A DNA stretch of 64,000 nt from Macrostomum lignano (Eukaryota), in NCBI GenBank assembly GCA_002269645.1, contig NIVC01000800.1:1-64000 (forward strand), in the 5' to 3' direction. Below, one piece after another: positions 59,901 through 64,000 of the stretch (its first letter is position 1; every line of letters begins with the position of its first letter). The translations under genes and the position numbers were made by a program. Below the pieces are notes generated by a model that was given only the letters and a program-made list of their open reading frames with translations, was not told where the DNA came from and did not search any database.

Positions 59901-60634
59901 AGGGGAATCTGTTACTGGAGGTGAGGGCGTCCGCGCCTGGAATCGCCTAATGACTCAGCCACCCCATAAGAATCGCCCCTCAGCCACCTCATAATAATCG
60001 CCCCTCAGCCAGCCCAAAAGAATCGTCCCTCATCTACCCCATGAGAATCGCCCCTCAGCCACCCCATGAGAATCGCCCCTCAGCCACCCCATGAGAATCG
60101 CCCCTCAGCCACCTCATAAGAATCGCCCCTCAGCCACCCCATAAGAATCGCCCCTCAGCCACCCCATGAGAATCGCCCCTCAGCCACTCCATAAGAATCG
60201 CCCCTCAGCCACTCCATAAGAATCGCCCCTCAGCCACCCAATGAGAATCGCCCCTCAGCCACCCCATGAGAATCGCCCCTCAGCCAGCCCATGAGAATCG
60301 CCCCTCAGCCAGCCCATGAGAATCGCCCCTCAGCCAGCCCATAAGAATCGCCCCTCAGCCACCCCATGAGAATCGCCCCTCAGCCAGCCCACGCCAACCT
60401 GCACCGCAGGTGAGTGGGCACAGCCGCCTGGAGCTGTGCAAGCAGGCCATGGAGCAGCTCATCTCCTGGCTGCTGTCCTCAGCCCTGAAAGACGACCCCG
60501 CGAACGAGGCCGGGCTGGCCATCGAGCAGGTGCGCACGCTGGACTGGGAGGGCGGCCTCCGGGTGGTGTACCCGTCGCGAACCGACCTGGTCAGCTGCGA
60601 GACCAGCTCGTGCCGGTTCAACCGGCCTGGATGA
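56949..60634 (+). CDS. LRRC47: Leucine-rich repeat-containing protein 47 (LRRs plus B3/4 PheRS-beta-like domain), ~537 aa
   Basis: Exons 56949-57296, 57486-57656, 58426-58770, 59258-59782, 60410-60634, all phase 0. WEEVSKVQQEGRHELVLSG start, LRRs (LDLSNNRL, LNLSNNQL, LDLENNRV, LNLKGNKIADRRLKKM), then VRPYLVLCAVRN, FLACQQALHD, TVASHDLDKI, VLSLPPITNAELSRI, EQVRTLDWEGGLRVVYPSRTDL. Confidence 0.93.
57745..58412 (+). repeat. 21-bp GTGCAGTCAGAGTCCCCACAG minisatellite (LRRC47 intron 2)
   Basis: ~30 copies, some with GTGTAG / +3 nt variants. Confidence 0.95.
58850..59200. repeat. 27-bp GAGTGACTGGTCGAGTGACAGATAAGT minisatellite (LRRC47 intron 3)
   Basis: Period 27. Confidence 0.9.
59767..59927 (+). 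repeat. 7x 23-bp repeat containing the LRRC47 exon 4 splice donor
   Basis: GAATCTGCTGCTGGAGGTGAGGG units start at 59767, 59790, 59813, 59836, 59859, 59882, 59905. Confidence 0.93.
59955..60395. repeat. 25-bp CAGCCACCCCATGAGAATCGCCCCT minisatellite (LRRC47 intron 4)
   Basis: Period 25. Confidence 0.92.
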
Positions 60635-61169
60635 CCGACTGAACAGAGGAGCGGCTTCATCTGTGTGGATGCTGGAGGAGTCTTCCTTTGATGATGAGTT
60701 CTGAAGTCAATCGAGTCATTCGTTAATAACAGCAGGCTAAATGTTTTAATGTGACTTCAACTATAAACTGAAAAGTATAGACCATTTTCCAAGCCAATCG
60801 AGCCTAGGACCTCAGTGGGAGAATCCGGCTTCATAGGCGGCCGCCTTTTGAGCCATAGACAGTGAAAAGCAAGCCTTCAAATGCTCAGTTGGTTAGGAAA
60901 ATGCCATACTGATGGTGTCATACTGATGTAATCCGAATTGAAGCTGTAAGCGCATTTTTTGTTCTCTGATTGAATAAACAAAATAAATCTAATTGACGAC
61001 GGAAAACACGTGACTGACGCGCCTTTATGGGACAAATTCCAGTGTGCTGGAAGTTAAACTTGCATCCAGATCTGGCTTTCTTATTGCTTATTTCTAAGAA
61101 AGTTGCCCGAGTTTTTGGAAGAACTTTTGTAAAGCTGAGCACACTTCTGACTCAATAGACACTTCACAC

Positions 61170-62310
61170 TGTGGAGTCTGGACACTTCACAAAATGTGGA
61201 CACTTCAGTCTGGACACTTCACAGACTGTGAAAACTTCACAGACTGTGGAAACTTCATAGACTGGACACTTCACATACTGGACACTTCACAGACTGGAAA
61301 CTTCACATACTGGACACTTCACAGACTGGACACTTCACATACTGGACACTTCACAGACTGGAAACTTCACATACTGGACACTTCACAGACTGGACACTTC
61401 ACATACTGGACACTTCACAGACTGGACACTTCACACACTGGAAACTTCACAGACTGGACACTTCACATACTGGACACTTCACATACTGGACACTTCACAG
61501 ACTGGACACTTCACATACTGGACACTTCACAGACTGGACACTTCACACACTGGAAACTTCACAGACTGGACACTTCACATACTGGATACTTCACAGACTG
61601 GACACTTCACATACTGGACACTTCACATACTGGATACTTCATATACTGGACACTTCACAGACTGGACACTTCACATACTGGATACTTCACATACTGGACA
61701 CTTCACAGACTGGACACTTCACATACTGGATACTTCATATACTGGACACTTCACAGACTGGACACTTCACAGACTGGACACTTCACATACTGGATACTTC
61801 ATATACTGGACACTTCACAGACTGGACACTTCACAGACTGGACACTTCACATACTGGATACTTCACATACTGGATACTTCATATACTGGACACTTCACAT
61901 ACTGGATACTTCACATACTGGACACTTCACAGACTGGACACTTCACAGACTGGACACTTCACATACTGGATACTTCATATACTGGACACTTCACAGACTG
62001 GACACTTCACAGACTGGACACTTCACAGACTGGACACTTCACAGACTGGACACTTCACATACTGGATACTTCACATACTGGACACTTCACAGACTGGACA
62101 CTTCACAGACTGGACACTTCACATACTGGATACTTCATATACTGGACACTTCACAGACTGGACACTTCACAGACTGGACACTTCACAGACTGGACACTTC
62201 ACAGACTGGACACTTCACAGACTGGACACTTCACAGACTGGACACTTCACATACTGGATACTTCACAGACTGGACACTTCACATACTGGATACTTCATAT
62301 ACTGAACACT
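61170..62310. repeat. 16-bp ACTGGACACTTCACA(G/T) minisatellite
   Basis: Period 16, ~70 copies. Confidence 0.95.
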
Positions 62311-62816
62311 TTAACTCGCAGAAATTCTCAGCTGACTTCGTTTTCGAAAGATTTAAAACAAACCTTTTGAGTTCATAAAATTTCTAGGAGAATGGATGAA
62401 GCGAGCCCATCCGCTACTAATAGTAGTAGTCGCGTGTGTAATCTGCACTGAATGGCCTTGCAAGCGCAGTTTCAATGCTATAAAACAAGCGGCCTGTCCT
62501 TTGCTTCACTGAATAATGTACGCTCCTCTATTCTTCATGCAATGGGCCGGGATAGGCTGAGAAGCAGGGGCAGACGGGCTTGAATTTGAGTCTTCTCACA
62601 TTGGGTGCGCCAGTGCGAAATCTGCGCTTCTACAGTGGGTGGGCGGGCAGCTGTTGCTGTTGCAGAGACACTTTTGTAAGGCGCATTGTGGCGCACCCTA
62701 TTTAAATTATCTTGGGTGGGTCTCTCTGGGCTTATTGTGAATTTCTCTGCGGCTTCCATCGTTTTCTCACGCGCTGAAGAAGATCAAACTAAAAGAAACC
62801 TAAGCGACCAAGGAGA

Positions 62817-64000
62817 ATGAAGCCGCTGATTTCTGTTGCGTTGCTTCTAGTAGCAGCAGCAGGAATTCCTTCTTGCCTCGGACAGCTGGTCTGGGTAAAC
62901 GACTGCAGCGCCACTTTCAAGCTAGGCTTGCAGGAAAATGTCCCAGTGGGAACTCGGCTCTGCACCCTGGCCGCTACCTACAATAACAATAGTGCTCGGG
63001 TGACTTACGAAGCGGTTAGCGATAATTTCAATGTGAACACCACGACTGGAGTGCTGAGCATGGCCAGGATCATCGACAGAGAGGTGCGTTACCTGCCCTC
63101 GTTAGCAGGGCCTTTGCGGGGCTAAATGCAATCCTGACACCCTGATAGCGTCCTGACACCCTGCTGACGTCCTGACACCCTGCTGACGTCCTGACACCCT
63201 GCTAGCGTCCTGACACCCCTGCTAGCATCCTGACACCCTTGCTGATGTCCTGACACCCTGCAAGCATCTTGACACACTTGCTGATGTTCTGACACCCAGC
63301 TAGCGTCCTGACACCCTTGCTGATGTCCTGACACCCTGCTAGCATCCTGACACACTTGCTGATGTCCTGATACCCTGCTAGCATCCTGACACCCTTGCTG
63401 ATTTCCTGACACCTGCTAGCGACCTTCACCCTTGCTGATGTCCTGACACCCTGCTAGCGACCTGGTACCCTGCTAGCATCCAGGCATCCTGATGACGTCC
63501 TGACACCACCACCACCACCATGACACCCTCAGGCTTTCTCTGCCTGATACTTATGCACCCAAAGACGGTGCATAGTGGCTGTGAGAACAAAAGTCAGCGC
63601 ATTTCATTCACACCCACAGACCATAGACCCGGCCAGCAGAGACACGGTGCTGCTGACAGTGCGGGCCAGATACAACCCAGCCTCTCTATCCATCGAAGCC
63701 GCCATCACCATCACCATCTTGGACGTCAACGACAATCAGCCGCAGTTTGAAGGCCAACCGTATTCCGCCAGCGTGTCGGAAGCGGCTCCAAACGGCACCG
63801 TGTTCTACTCAGGCATCGTGGCCACCGACTCAGACGCCGGAACCAACGCCGAGCTGACGCTCAGCTGCATCAACTGCGCCAAGTTCCACCTCTTCCAGAC
63901 CCGACTGGCCGCCAACCGGTACCAGGGCTCGCTGATGCTGGTCGAGCCCGTGGACTACGAGCAGGACACTTACTACATCGTCACCGTCTTGGCCAAGGAC
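62817..64000 (+). CDS. Cadherin-family protein, 5' partial
   Basis: Signal peptide MKPLISVALLLVAAAG. Exon 62817-63083 (QENVPVGT...IIDRE|GT) and exon 63620-64000 (in-frame to window end) with ILDVNDNQPQF, SVSEAAPNGT, ATDSDAGTNA and VDYE cadherin Ca-binding motifs. Confidence 0.93.
63130..63530. repeat. ~19-20-bp CCTGACACCCTGCTGACGT minisatellite (cadherin intron)
   Basis: Direct inspection. Confidence 0.85.

Noticed and set aside
60405-60415. Recursive splice site CAG|GTGAGT at LRRC47 exon 5
   Set aside because: GTGAGT encodes the expected V-S after LLE and the intron is short, so coincidence is more likely.

Overview
This is eukaryotic (metazoan) genomic DNA with GC-rich exons and minisatellite-filled introns. 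That style resembles a Macrostomum-type flatworm, which is inference only. Host genes reconstructed by hand from GT-AG splice sites: REV3L (DNA polymerase zeta catalytic subunit, minus strand, runs off the window start, two apparent 1-nt frameshifts); a KIAA0319/KIAA0319L homolog (minus); a 99-aa secreted cationic 8-Cys peptide (plus); a 2-exon ferritin lacking ferroxidase ligands; a 2-exon hypothetical gene; LRRC47; and the 5' part of a cadherin. The centre of the window holds a ~15.9-kb Foldback-like Mutator (MULE) element (33394-49303) with near-identical 1.7-1.9 kb modular TIRs. It encodes a transposase with an apparently intact DDE triad that splices in phase into a ubiquitin-specific protease (USP/C19) domain. 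It also carries convergent accessory ORFs and a nested inverted pair of 10-bp satellite arms. TE debris nearby includes a MITE, an RTE fragment, a Tc1/mariner remnant and a Penelope-like RT. All family assignments come from motif recognition by eye; no searches were run.
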